In this document: positions 24,801-37,083 of the stretch, one piece after another
How positions within the stretch are numbered: the first letter of the stretch is position 1
Layout: the number at the start of each line of letters is the position of its first letter
Origin: Reclinomonas americana ATCC 50394
Taxonomy: Eukaryota
Reading direction: 5' to 3'
Assembly: GCA_048213135.1 (NCBI GenBank)
Contig: PS015011.1
Coordinates: forward strand, 22,308-63,765
Length of the DNA stretch: 41,458 nucleotides
The notes under the pieces: model-generated
The model's input: the letters and a program-made list of their open reading frames with translations, nothing else
What the model was told of the DNA's origin: nothing
The model's database searches: none
Translations under genes and position numbers: made by a program

Positions 24801-26239
24801 GACTCTCACAATGGAGCGATAACGATGCGTTCGACCCGAGCAGCGGACGTGTCGACGGAAATCGATCGTGTGATGCGTTGCGTGACCAGACACTTGCATC
24901 GCGTGCATCATACTGTCGTGTGTAGCCTCACGTGCTGCGTGCATCGCGACAGACAACGCCAAGAATCTCGCACAAGATCTGCACGACAATTTGCAAAAAG
25001 TGCTGACGACCGACGCGTCGCACCGGCACGGACACGCTGCGCATTACGGTCAGCACGGTGCAATGTTTCATGCAGCACCGTGCCACTCGACTCATCTTGT
25101 GCGCAGGCAACTCGTCGCCACCAACGGAGGAGGACGATGACACGACCGATCAAGCATTCGCCAAGAAACCAGACTCGCCCTCGACGCTGCACGATCGCAT
25201 CAAGGCCACGATGAACGAGTATCGCAGCTCTCCAGAAAAGTTTGCCAAGCTCGTACAGCGAGTCGGTGAGTGTTGCCAGTGACGCGCGAACGATACTGCG
25301 TGCGTGTGTGTGTGTGTGGTCTCACAATGGCGCAGAGGAGTACGAGCGACAGGCGCAAGAAGAGCGACGGCAGAAGCTGCAAAGTGGAGTCAATTACCTG
25401 CAACAGAATGCCAAGGCTGCTGTCGATGCCGAATCCATGAAGAGACGGCGGGCACAGCTGGTGAGTNNNNNNNNNNNNNNNNNNNNNNNNNNNNNNNNNN
25501 NNNNNNNNNNNNNNNNNNNNNNNNNNNNNNNNNNNNNNNNNNNNNNNNNNNNNNNNNNNNNNNNNNNNNNNNNNNNNNNNNNNNNNNNNNNNNNNNNNNN
25601 NNNNNNNNNNNNNNNNNNNNNNNNNNNNNNNNNNNNNNNNNNNNNNNNNNNNNNNNNNNNNNNNNNNNNNNNNNNNNNNNNNNNNNNNNNNNNNNNNNNN
25701 NNNNNNNNNNNNNNNNNNNNNNNNNNNNNNNNNNNNNNNNNNNNNNNNNNNNNNNNNNNNNNNNNNNNNNNNNNNNNNNNNNNNNNNNNNNNNNNNNNNN
25801 NNNNNNNNNNNNNNNNNNNNNNNNNNNNNNNNNNNNNNNNNNNNNNNNNNNNNNNNNNNNNNNNNNNNNNNNNNNNNNNNNNNNNNNNNNNNNNNNNNNN
25901 NNNNNNNNNNNNNNNNNNNNNNNNNNNNNNNNNNNNNNNNNNNNNNNNNNNNNNNNNNNNNNNGACAGGCCGTTTGTGCTGCTCGTCACCAAAATGGAGA
26001 TCGTCAACCGCGACTGCCGTCGTCGGCACAGGCAACGACGGCAGTGCGGGCGACACCGATCGCGCGCTGTTGCGCCAGTTATCGACCTCTCTCCTCGCCT
26101 CCTGGTGCACCGTCAGGAACGACGATGACTCACCGTCGCGCCGACGCACCGCTGTGTGTGCGTTTCGTTTGTTGGTCACCAGCGAACAATGAGAGAAACC
26201 GCAGCGTGGTTCATTGTTGAGGAACGCACCTGCCAACAT
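21829..26239 (-). CDS. Hypothetical coiled-coil / IQ-like protein; middle exons sit on an apparently inverted contig (24192-25466, read on +)
   Basis: ATG TTG GCA G|gtgcgt at 26239. The next exon runs into the gap ending ..CGG CCT GTC. The + contig starts GTC ACT CAT in frame and ends CTG|gtgagt. The - strand then resumes with a phase-0 acceptor (cag|CAC GAG GAG). AATILQKQFW is IQ-like. Stop at 21829. Confidence 0.6.
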
Positions 26240-26414
26240 GTCACACGCGTGCGTCTCTCAATCTGTGTTGCTCTCGCAAGTATGTGCGACAACGCGTGCG
26301 ACAATTGCTAATAATCTTTTCTCGCGTGATATCGATGAAAATGGTGTTCGAAAGTGAACGCGCCTCGTGAATCCACCGCCCATGCAATGAACCGAATTCT
26401 CATATCATCATATC
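26240..26414. promoter_or_regulatory. Probable bidirectional promoter
   Basis: Divergent ATGs at 26239 (-) and 26415 (+), 175 bp apart. Confidence 0.4.
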
Positions 26415-27182
26415 ATGTTTTTCGTCGCGCGAGGTAATGTCTCTCCTTCTCTCTTTCTCTCCTTGTTCTCTCCTGTGAGACTCACACACACGTTCTTGTT
26501 CATTCCTTCGTCCGATGTCTTTTCTCTCTGAGTATGTGTCTGTGTGTGTGGGAGAGAAAGAGCACGTGTGGCCGTTGTTCACAGCGTTCGTTTGTCTCAT
26601 GTGTGTCGCAGCTGCTTCCACTAACGTTCCACTGACGCGGTTGATGGTGAGTACGTGTGTGTGTTCATATGACAATGAGTGAGAAGAAAGGTGCTGTCTG
26701 AGCTCTGTCCTCGGACACTGACACACGCGCACAGTGTTCCGCCTCGTGGTCTCTCCCACTAATGGCCAAGGTCACTGTGATACCAGCGACGGCGGAGAGC
26801 GACACTGTCAAGTCTCCTTCTTCTTCTTCTTCACAATCATCACCAACTCCGATCGCCTGTCGTCCTCTCAATGCCGTGCAACCACAATCAATGTCACTTG
26901 CCGCACTACTGCAGCTGACCGACGCAGACACGGGCACTTTACAGATGAATTCGTTGGTGGTCTGTCGCGTGTCGGGAGCGGTCAAGTTGCGTTATGCTCA
27001 CTGATGGTTGCCGAGAGCGGCGATGGCTAAACTGTGCATTCCTTTGCCTGCTGTGCTGCTGCTGCAGTGCACAGGGCGAGGCCACGTTGAATGCCAAGGA
27101 GGCGCGTCACTTGCGTGTGTCGCAGGAAGCCATGTTGTCACGAACACCCTCCTCCGAAGGCTCCGCCTCCTCTGCCACATAG
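26415..27182 (+). CDS. Small hypothetical protein, possibly mitochondrion-targeted
   Basis: Phase-consistent exons MFFVAR|AASTNVPLTRLM|CSASWSLPLMAK...SGAV|NAQGEATLNAKEARHLRVSQEAMLSR..*. No recognisable family, and the last acceptor is ambiguous. Confidence 0.4.
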
Positions 27183-27370
27183 TCCTCCTCCCCCTCGCAA
27201 CCCGGCTACTCTGTACTACACTCTTCTCTCCTCTCTGTCCCCCGCGCACCTTGCCCGTGCGACTTACGCGCTGTTGTTGTGCTTCATTCTGATTCGTGTA
27301 AAGTATTTGTGATGTTTTGCTGCATTTTTGTCGCACTGGAAGAAAGAGAAAACGCGACCAGAGGCAGCGT

Positions 27371-29695
27371 TCAGTCGTGTCCCGCGATCTTCACGACTCG
27401 TGCCTGTAGCCGTTGGCTGCCTGTACGTGCCTTGTTCATGGTCTTCTCCAGCTCGGACTCGCCGTCCCTCGAGGCGTTCGGACTGCGGGGCGGTCAGCAG
27501 GATCAACAATAGCGACGACGACGACCACCACACCCACGCACCGATGGCGAATCTTTGGTCGCTCCTCGTCGTTGGCGTCGTACGTGCGCAAGTTGCTCGG
27601 CAGATCGAGCACCAGTCGCGTCCACTTTTCCTTGATCCGCTCCGCCGTACGCTTGTTGGCCTCCGTCTCGCGCGGGTGACGCGAGTACAGATTCACCAGC
27701 ACGCCGATGCGCGAGTCCTTCAAAAAGTCGTCGCGAATGCCCATGGAATCGCCCTGATCACCCGGCCGTTGTTCAGTGTCGTCGCCCTCGCACGGCAAGT
27801 CAAGCAGGATGCGCAGAATGCAGGTGCGCAGGCTGAGCGGCGGCAGCGACTTGTCCTTGGCGTTCGGCTTTAGCCAGTCGAACAGCGCCGACAGTAGTGC
27901 GTTCTGCAGCAGCGGTCCGACGAAACGCGGACTGTGGACGAGAGTGAGTGAATTGACACGTGAAGGAAAAAAGCACACATGCAGAGAGAGGTGAGCATGC
28001 ACTCAACTTGCGGACGTACTGCTCCAACTTTGACAGCAGTCGCTCCTTGTGAATCGCTGGCTTGCCCTCTGCATTCAGGCGCTCGTCGGTCTGCTGCGCC
28101 ACTTGCATTTCCTTGATGAAACGAGAGGCCTATGGCAGGGGTGAGACATCAATGATTGCGCATCTCACATCGCACTCGCACATACCGCCTGCACGTAGGA
28201 CTCGCGTTTGGGGGCCAGATCGGTGACTCGCCGCTTGATGTACGCCGTCACCTCGTCCTCCTCCTTCTTCTCTGTGGGCACACATACTCGCGTGAGGCCA
28301 CGTGCCTGCGGTGTGAGAGAGGCACACGCGTGCACTCTGACGCACTCTGCGACTTCTCCACCGGCTGCTCCGCAATCGCACTGTCAATGTTGATGCGCTT
28401 TCGCCGCCGGCCGACACCCTTCTCTTGTTCGTCGTCGCCACTCTCCTCCTCGCCAATCTCATCGTCGTCCTCGTCCTCGTCGCCAGACTTCTTTCGCCGG
28501 CGCCGCTTGCCTTGCGTCTCTCGCTCCTCGTCCATTTCGGCATCCATCGCAGTCTGCTCGGCCTCCATCGCCACACGCTGCACAGCGACACTGTGAGTCT
28601 TCCTCACACACGCACACACGCGCACAGCAGCAACAGCCATTGCACCTCCTGCACGAATCGCTCGACGGCCTTCTTGAACAGCGACTTGTACTCGTGCTTG
28701 ATCTTGTGCTTGAGGTGCTTCAAGTGGCTAATCACCATGTCGCGCACCGTCGACCGATTCACCGTCGTCAAATCCTCCAGCTCATACACCACCTCGCGAG
28801 TGACCTCTTCGATCTGTCGCTTGTCGAGCTCCTCGTCGTTCTCCTCCTCCTGCAGAGCCGCCGGCCGTTCCGCCTTGCCCTGCTTCTTCAGCTTCTTCAA
28901 CTTTTTCAGCTTCGACGACAGACTCTCGTCGTCGCCATCTCCCTCGCCCTCCTCGTCCTCTCCATCGCCATCACCACTCTGGCACACCGTTCAGCAAGGA
29001 CGACACACATACAGAGAGAGAGAGAGAGAGAGAGAGAGCATGCAACTCACCTTTTGTCGTTTCCTAGGTGGCTCATCATCGTCGTCGCCAAACAACTCGT
29101 CATCGTCGTCGCCCTCGCCCTCGTCGCTCTTCTTTGCGCCCTTGCTCAACTTGCGCCTCTTTTCCTGTGTCTTTTCACCTTCTCCACTGCCACTGTCATC
29201 GTCATCGCTGTCGGCAGCAGCCTTGGATCGCTTTCTCAGCTGCACTCACACATACACATCGTGAGCAGTGTGGTGTGTGTGTGTGTGCGTGTGCGTGTGC
29301 GTGTCTTGCTCACCAGTCGCTTCTTCTTCTCCTTGGGTGCATCGTCGTCCTCTTCTTCATCCTCCTCCTCCTCGTCTTCTCCACTGGCCACTTTGAAATC
29401 GCCATCGGCCTCCTCATCTTCATCGTCGTGCTCGCCTGCAAGCATGCACACACACATGTACGCACATGTGAGAACAAAGGACAGCGTACACTGCTATGTG
29501 TCTGTGTGCGTGTGANNNNNNNNNNNNNNNNNNNNNNNNNNNNNNNNNNNNNNNGAGAGAGGGAAACGCACCAAACAGGTCGTTGTACGCGTTCGACTCT
29601 GCAAACGATCACACACACACATGAGCGCGTTGAGTGATCTCACACACTCTTGCACACACACATGCACACACACACACACCGCCACCGCTTTCCAT
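27371..29695 (-). CDS. IWS1: Transcription elongation factor IWS1/Spn1 with acidic N-terminus and an extra DEK-C-like helical domain
   Basis: EMQVAQQTDERLNAEGKPAIHKERLL, LSALFDWLKP..KSLPPLSLRTCILRILLDLP, LKDSRIGVLVNLYSRHPRETEANKRTAERIKEKWTR (TFIIS-N/IWS1 domain). ATG 29695, TGA 27373-27371. Small gap inside an intron. Confidence 0.9.
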
Positions 29696-29927
29696 GACTG
29701 CAATGAGCGCGTGACGGATTGGAGAAGGAAGAAGGACGCGCGGACAACACTTGAGCAGCCCGTCACTCTAAGTTCATTTGCGTTGCACAGTGTGGGAGAA
29801 GCCACCCAGCACGCACATACACACACACACACACCCATCATCAAAATCACCAACACCCACCACGCAGTACGCGTCTCCACAGAAGAAAAAAATACAAAAA
29901 CCACTCTCGAGTGCAAATCACAACGCG

Positions 29928-32900
29928 CTACGTTGGCGAGTAGCGCATGCTGTGCGAACGAGGTGATCGGCCTGGCGACAAGCTGGCCAGCGAGTGCGGC
30001 GGCAGTGGCTTGCCGGCGACCGCGTCGTCGTGGATGCGCTTCTGACGCTGCCACTCCCTCTGCTTGTTCCACGCATCCGACAACAAAAAGGTGGTCTCCA
30101 TCTTGCGTCGCATCTGCGCGTCGCGCTCGGCCAGCATACTGTGCAACAGTTATCGAATATGAGCATGCACGTNNNNNNNNNNNNNNNNNNNNNNNNNNNN
30201 NNNNNNNNNNNNNNNNNNNNNNNNNNNNNNNNNNNNNNNNNNNNNNNNNNNNNNNNNNNNNNNNNNNNNNNNNNNNNNNNNNNNNNNNNNNNNNNNNNNN
30301 NNNNNNNNNNNNNNNNNNNNNNNNNNNNNNNNNNNNNNNNNNNNNNNNNNNNNNNNNNNNNNNNNNNNNNNNNNNNNNNNNNNNNNNNNNNNNNNNNNNN
30401 NNNNNNNNNNNNNNNNNNNNNNNNNNNNNNNNNNNNNNNNNNNNNNNNNNNNNNNNNNNNNNNNNNNNNNNNNNNNNNNNNNNNNNNNNNNNNNNNNNNN
30501 NNNNNNNNNNNNNNNNNNNNNNNNNNNNNNNNNNNNNNNNNNNNNNNNNNNNNNNNNNNNNNNNNNNNNNNNNNNNNNNNNNNNNNNNNNNNNNNNNNNN
30601 NNNNNNNNNNNNNNNNNNNNNNNNNNNNNNNNNNNNNNNNNNNNNNNNNNNNNNNNNNNNNNNNNNNNNNNNNNNNNNNNNNNNNNNNNNNNNNNNNNNN
30701 NNNNNNNNNNNNNNNNNNNNNNNNNNNNNNNNNNNNNNNNNNNNNNNNNNNNNNNNNNNNNNNNNNNNNNNNNNNNNNNNNNNNNNNNNNNNNNNNNNNN
30801 NNNNNNNNNNNNNNGGACGGGAGACAGCCAACACCACACCACGGGACGCAACTCGGCGTTGGCCTGCTGGATCTCCTGCAAGTCGGCGAGCACCTCGGCC
30901 TCGCGTTCAGCATACAGACGGTTCTTCTTGTCTTGGATCTGCTGTTGTAGCTGCTTGCGATGGTAGGCGCGGTGCGAGTGGGCGTCGTCCGGAGCAGGCG
31001 GCTCCACTGGGAACGCGGTGATATCGCGGTCCAAATCGATGGCGTGCGGTGCCCGTTGCACTTGCACCGACGCCAATCGCTGTCCCTCCCGCTCGCGCAT
31101 CTGCGCCTGCAGGAAGCGTCGGTGGTCGTCCTGGACTTTGCGACGCGACTCGCGATTCGCAGCATCCACACGACGGGTGATTTCCAGCTGCGATTGCTCC
31201 TGTTGACGCACGTGCACAAGTTAGCAAGGGTCGTCACTGCCGAGCCGGCGACATGTAGAGTGACTTGCCTGTTTCATGTAGTAGTCGTCTTCCTGGAACT
31301 CCTTCGCCAGCGTGTCCTCGTACCGCTTGAACGCCTCCTCCATGGCAGCATCTGTGGGACGTCAAAAAGAAGAAGTAGACGTCAGACGGGTGGCCACGAA
31401 ACACAGGAGAACACAAGACGAGACGCAACGCATCGCGGTGCTGCTGACACCTCGGCCAATGCTGTTCTTCATGGCCATGGACGGCAAGTTGGCCGCCAGA
31501 GTGTACGACGCACCGCCGACGGAGCCAGACGACGAGCGATTCGAGTGCGGAGAGGCCAGGCCGGGCCGACCGGGGGCGGTGACTGCGCGAGGAATGTCCA
31601 GTGATCCGACACGCGTCGCACCGTGCGGCGGCGTCATCGGGGCCAACTGCGGACTCGATTGCCGCACAGCCGAGGCGCCATTCTGCGCATCAACACACGC
31701 ACCGAAAAATAGTGAGCAACGACAACTTTGTGTCACAAACACAAAACGAGCAACGCGCACTCTTCTGTCCACCCAGTCCTTGCCGTGCTTGGCCAGCAGG
31801 TCTCTCTCCAGCTGCTCAAACTCGCTGTCGAGCTGCCGTCGTCTTCTCTCCTGTGCTTCGGCCTTGCTCAATGCCACCGGACTGTACTCTTGCACCTGTG
31901 GCCACACGAAATGAGCGACACGATCACGAGGCTGCGCGTAACCACCGCGCAAACACACACCTGGTGCATCAACTCGCCACGCGAGGTCTCCGTGAGATCG
32001 CGAGCGCGACGATCCAGCTCCTCCTCGTCCGTGTATGGCCAGTGGTCGTGCTTCTCGTGTCGCTTCTCGGCGTCGCGGCGAGCGGCAGCCTCGCGCTTCT
32101 GGTGCACCACATGCTGATTGTAGCTCAAGTCCTGCTGCGACACATTGGCGGCCTCCAGTCGCTTCCGCCTTTCGTAGTCGAGGGCGGCCAACACACTGCG
32201 CTGCGTCGACTCGTGCTCCGCTCTCTTGTCGCCATCGTCGCGGTGGCCGGGGCGGGCATCCTCGCGCGCGACCAGCGACTGCGACAGCAGCGACGAGCGC
32301 TTCGTCGGACTGCCGGGAGTGCCGAGTCGCGGCGGACCACCACGCGTTCTCGGTCGTGGCGACGTTTCACCGCCGTTGCTTGCTGCTGCTGCTGCTGCTG
32401 ATGGGGCAGATGCAGACGCACCGTTTCCATTCGACGCCCCAGCCGCCTTGGGAGACTCGATCGTGGCGTGATCGCCGTGCACGGTGAGCACATTGAGTGC
32501 GCCGGAACCGTTGCCTCCCTCATTGAGTTGCACGTGCTGGCGGCGACCGTGCGCAGGCGAGGCACGTGGAGGCGACACTCTCGACGGCGACACGTTGCCG
32601 CCACCACCGCCACCGGCCAGTCGACCGCTGCGTGAGGGTGGCGGTTGCATGATTTGACCATTGCCGGCGCCTGGCGGCAACGACAGGGTGGCGATCGGAG
32701 TCATGGTGGAGGCGCCGGTGCTTCCGCTGGCGCCCCCCGAAGCCACCTGCGGTGTCGTCAGGGCGTCCCGGTTGAACTCGTCGGTGTATGTGGTGCTCGG
32801 TACGAACTCCACAATCGCGTGCTCGCCCTTGATGGAGCCCATGCCACCGAGATCGATATTGATCTTCTTCCCGGACGACAGCACCTGCACAAAAACACGA

Positions 32901-33417
32901 ACACACGGTTGTGTGAGCGGCGTTGGGGAGGGCAGAGACGAGTGCGGACCACTGACCTCGCCCAATCGCTGCACAAACTGTCGCAACGCGGCCACAATCG
33001 TGTCCTTCTTGATCTGACTCTGCTGCGAAATCGCAAACGTGTTCACCTCGGCCATCGGCATCTCATTCGTCACGTGTGGCCTGTTGTGCAACCGCAGCGC
33101 GTGCGCCTGCGCAAACGCTTCGCTGATCACAAACAGCGGATTGCGCTTCGTGGTCTCGCCGGCCACGTTGCGAACGCGCTGCACGACAAACTTGCCCATG
33201 CCCGGCAAGATCACGCCCTGTGTCGCGCGATGAGCACATCGCGCCCTCCCCGCTCATCATCACCAAATCACACGCCCCGCACCTTTTGCAGCGCCAGTTG
33301 CCGCTTGACAAACGCAAAGGTGGCCTCGAAGACACTGCGATATGTGTTCTCGTCGATCTTCATGAGACGCGACCGAGCCGCACACTCGCGCATGAGATCG
33401 TCCATGGAGTACGCCAT
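29928..33417 (-). CDS. CCDC81: CCDC81-like protein (two N-terminal HU-CCDC81 domains plus coiled coils); one gap inside
   Basis: FAFVKRQLALQKGVILPGMGKFVV..RNPLFVISEAFAQAHAL..EVNTFAIS..LSSGKKINIDLGGMGSI matches CCDC81 HU-fold domains as I recall them. Coiled-coil C-terminus ending in TAG at 29928. Confidence 0.8.
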
Positions 33418-33877
33418 GATGGATGAGCAAGAAGAGTCTGTGACACAGAGAGATGAGAGAGACGATGATGGTTGGTGGTTTCCGAGATCCATCGGCTCCC
33501 ACAATGCATTCCCGTCATATCTTCATCACCACCCACTCTGTGCACCTCCACACACACTGTCTTCCACACAAGCACATATACACACACGCGAACCTTACAC
33601 GAAGAGCGATTGTCGTTGGTCAGTGCGCGTGTGTGTGTGTGGTGCTGGCGGCAATTTCTCCGTTTGGCGTTCACACGCGCTTGCCCTCGTGTGGCGCTGC
33701 TGTGGTTGTGCTAGGCGACACTGATACAGTCGGATCCACCACGGCAGGTGAACACACAGCCGGGATGTTTGCGTGGCGCGCAAAAGTGCGATTGATTGCG
33801 AGAGTCGCGGTGGGACAAATCGACGGATGTGTTAAACGGCATCGTGTTGTGCGGACGTTCACTCCCAAGTGCTTCTC

Positions 33878-35422
33878 TCACGGATCGGCATCGAGACGTG
33901 CCACCATGTCTGTCTGCGCGACGCGCTGGTATGGGTGAGCCAGCGTCATGGCCACGTTGTGATACACCTGTATACATTGGACTGGTTAGCAACTGTCACG
34001 ATTGCTGTATGCAAGCGGCCTCGTGCACACACACCTGGTGGTTGAGGCGACTGTGGTAGGCGAAAGCGGTGCCCGCGTTGCGGATTCGTGTCAGTGTCTG
34101 CACGAGAACGGTGAAGACTTGCTGCTTCAGAGCCTTTTTCTGCCGCGTGCAAAATACGGAGAATATTAGCGGATGATTGGAGCAGCAAGTCTACACACAC
34201 ACACACGCATAAAAAGAAGAAGCTCGCCTCTTCCCATCCCGGTTCCTCTGGATCTGTGCGCTCGCTGTGCCATCAACACGTGGTGTGAGTGACCGTCCTT
34301 CCTACGATATGCCAAACTCCTGCTTTGCGCGCACCACAAGAACACAGTATCCATGTAGAAGTTCTCGTCGTTGACCACCCGTTCGACTGCACGCATGGCC
34401 GACGGCGTCTCGCTAAACGTGGGCACGACATTGGAGCGGCCGTAGATGACCACAGCGCGCAGAATGAACTTGCCAATCTCTTCACCGCGCGGCAAGTACG
34501 GCTCACTGCCACGAAAGACAAGTCAGCGGGCGTGGCGAAGATGTGGCGACTCCCAGCGCTGCACTGCCCGATCGCACCATGACTCAAACACACTCGACAT
34601 GTCGAAGGATGTGTAGACGGAGCCGGGTCGGAAGTCGCCCAGCTTGCGCACCGCTGTGAACTCGCTGTATGTGAATGGTTGCACCTGGAAGAGGAGTGCA
34701 TGAATAGGGGGGAGGGCTGAGGTGAGAGAGGGCGCAAGGTGTAGGCCACCACGCACCAGTGTCGCCCGCTCACGCATGGTGGCCAGCGCGTACTCGTGCT
34801 TGTTCGAGAGTCGGGCCTTGGCGTGAATGAACGACTTGATGGCGTTCTTGACCACATCCAAGCGCGTCTCGTAACGACCGCGCATGTGCATCCTATGTTA
34901 AACACACACACACGCGTGAGTGAACAAGGCGAGTGCGTGCACAACAGCCGGGGGACAAGACACAACTCTTCGCCAGTGTAATCAAAATTCCTGCGCGCAC
35001 ACACACACAAGGAGACAACAATCAGCGCGCGCGCGTCGGAGAAAACACACACCCTAGCAGACAACAGCAACGCACATCATCTCGTCACCGAGATCAATGA
35101 AGAACATCTGTCGAGTGTGTGAGCTCGCAAGTCATCACCGCCATGTGCACTCTCTCTCTCACACAGACGCAACAATCTTCTCTGGGCAGCTCTTGGGCAA
35201 CTCCAGCCGCTCGGGCATTGGCGGCGGCACTGGTGCCACTGATGCAGCAGCAGCAGCTGACTCTTCCTCAGCAGGTAATGCAGCAGCAGAGGGTGCTTCC
35301 TCATGTGGCTCCGCGTGAGGAGGCTCGCTGTGTGTGGCTGCGTCGGCGGCCGGCGACGCCGCTGAGAAGCTCGTGTAGGCGTCTTCGGCCGCGCGGCGTG
35401 GAGAGGTTCGCGGGGAACTCAT
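33878..35422 (-). CDS. BABAM1: BRISC and BRCA1-A complex member 1 (MERIT40), vWA-like
   Basis: CPEKIMFFIDLGDEM, TRLDVVKNAIKSFIHAKARLSNKHEYAL, SFDMSSVF, ILRAVVIYGRS, NFYMDTVFL, YHNVAMTLAHPYQR. ATG 35422, TGA 33880-33878. Confidence 0.88.
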
Positions 35423-35544
35423 TCGCTGTGTGTGTGTGTGATTGGCTGTTGTCCGACGCGACGCGGACAGGGAAGATTTCGTTTCTCATTTGTGTTTTTT
35501 TCATTGTTAGTACTCTTGGTTCTCCACCTGGCCGGCTGCCACGA

Positions 35545-36919
35545 TTACGCCTCTGTGTCTTGCGAAAAGTAGTCGTCGTCGAAGTGGTGCACGCGGATCA
35601 CACCTTCCTCGCCACCGCTGACAAACCTGCATCAACAAGGAACAAACACAAAATGAGTAATCATCATCATCACGACTTCATCCTTCCATCCACAACGCAC
35701 CCTCTGCCGTCTGGTGCAAACTGCAGCGTGTTGACGGGTCCAAAGTGACCGGCCACGGCGCCCAGCTCCATGCCGTAGTACTTGTGGAAGAACTTGGTCT
35801 CGAACTTGCCGGCACGACCCGCTGTTGTTGTCACATCGCGAGCTTGCTGACCACCACCCAGAATCACGTGGTCGCGGATCGGACTGCGCACACGTCACAA
35901 GCTAAGCACACACGAGCAGCGCAACGCACCACCAACGCGCCACATCCAAACCTAATGTCCACATCGTTGACAATCGTGTCGCTCTCGTAGGCTTTCGCGC
36001 ACTCGCCGCTCCGCATGTCCCACATCTTCGCCGAGTGATCCGCAGACGCCGACAACACGCAGTGGCCGTTGTAGGCTGTCCTGATGTGGTTCACCGTGCC
36101 GTCGTGTGCGTCGATCTTGAGAATTAGCCTGCCCGTCTCCGTATCCCACTGTCGCACCGTCTTGTCTTCCGAGCACGAAATCACCGTGGCGTTCAGCGGA
36201 CCCCACTTGCAGTCGGTGATGCGCTTGTCGTGGCCGAGAATCTTCATCTTTGGTTGCGTCGTCTGTTCCCGCGGATCAAACGACTTGCTGGTCATCAGGT
36301 CCTCAGCCACATCGTACAGATTGATGGCCGGCTGGTAGCCGAAAGTGGAATCGGTGCACGACAAGAACTGTCGCTCACCCAGTGCCAGCGACACCGCACG
36401 GACCTGGCGACTCGTGTGTGAGACAATGCGCTGGCGGAAAGCAGTCAAGAACAACGCAACGGCAGTCGGATGCTCAATGGACCACAGCAGAGTGCCGGAT
36501 TGCACATCCCAAATGCGCACATTCTCGTCACCACCGGCGCTAATCAGGCGGGTCGAGTCGCGCGAGACGTCCACTTGCCACACCACACCATTGTGGCCCT
36601 GCGCAGAGTGTGAGCAAGAGAGAAAGAGAGAGGAAGAGAGGAGAAGCTCAGAAAAGAGACCTTGAAAATGCCCATTCGCTCGCCATTATCCGTGCGCCAC
36701 ATGGTGATCATCTTGTCCTTGGAGGCGGTGAACAGCAGATCGCCGTCGTGGTTGTAGCGCACGCACTGTGCAGTGCAGCTTCAGTGAGACATGTCGGCAC
36801 ATGCACACACACACACACGCGCACACACGCACACACGCACACACAACGAGCGCGTGTCTGCCAAGCAGTGCACTCACCGTGATAGGGCGCTCATGGCCCG
36901 TCAACATAATCGGTCGCAT
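35545..36919 (-). CDS. EIF3I: Eukaryotic translation initiation factor 3 subunit I (WD40)
   Basis: MRPIMLTGHERPIT|CVRYNHDGDLLFTASKD..NGERMG, HVILGGGQQARDVTTTAGRAGKFET, GHFGPVNTL, SGGEEGVIRVHHFDDDYF. Five introns; TAA 35547-35545. Confidence 0.97.
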
Positions 36920-37083
36920 GGTTGCGTGTGATGTGTGTGCGTGATTGGAGGTTACTGCGAGGTAGAATGGAATTCCACCTATGTCAGTAACCCCCTTTAG
37001 GGGTGGGACAGAATACAACAGCGAGCACTGTCCATTTACTTCGTGTTTGTGTGTGCGCGTGCGTGTGTGTTGGCCTTGCGCTC
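36920..37083. promoter_or_regulatory. Bidirectional promoter EIF3I/SRPRA with a CCAAT-like box and dyad elements
   Basis: 164 bp between divergent ATGs. ATTGG at 36944-36948, palindrome TGGAATTCCA at 36968-36977, ACCCC-N5-GGGGT at 36990-37004. Confidence 0.6.

Noticed and set aside
6893-31237. Long ORFs in the track that span runs of X (e.g. 6902-7714, 25242-26192, 29621-31021)
   Set aside because: Artefacts of translating through N-gaps.
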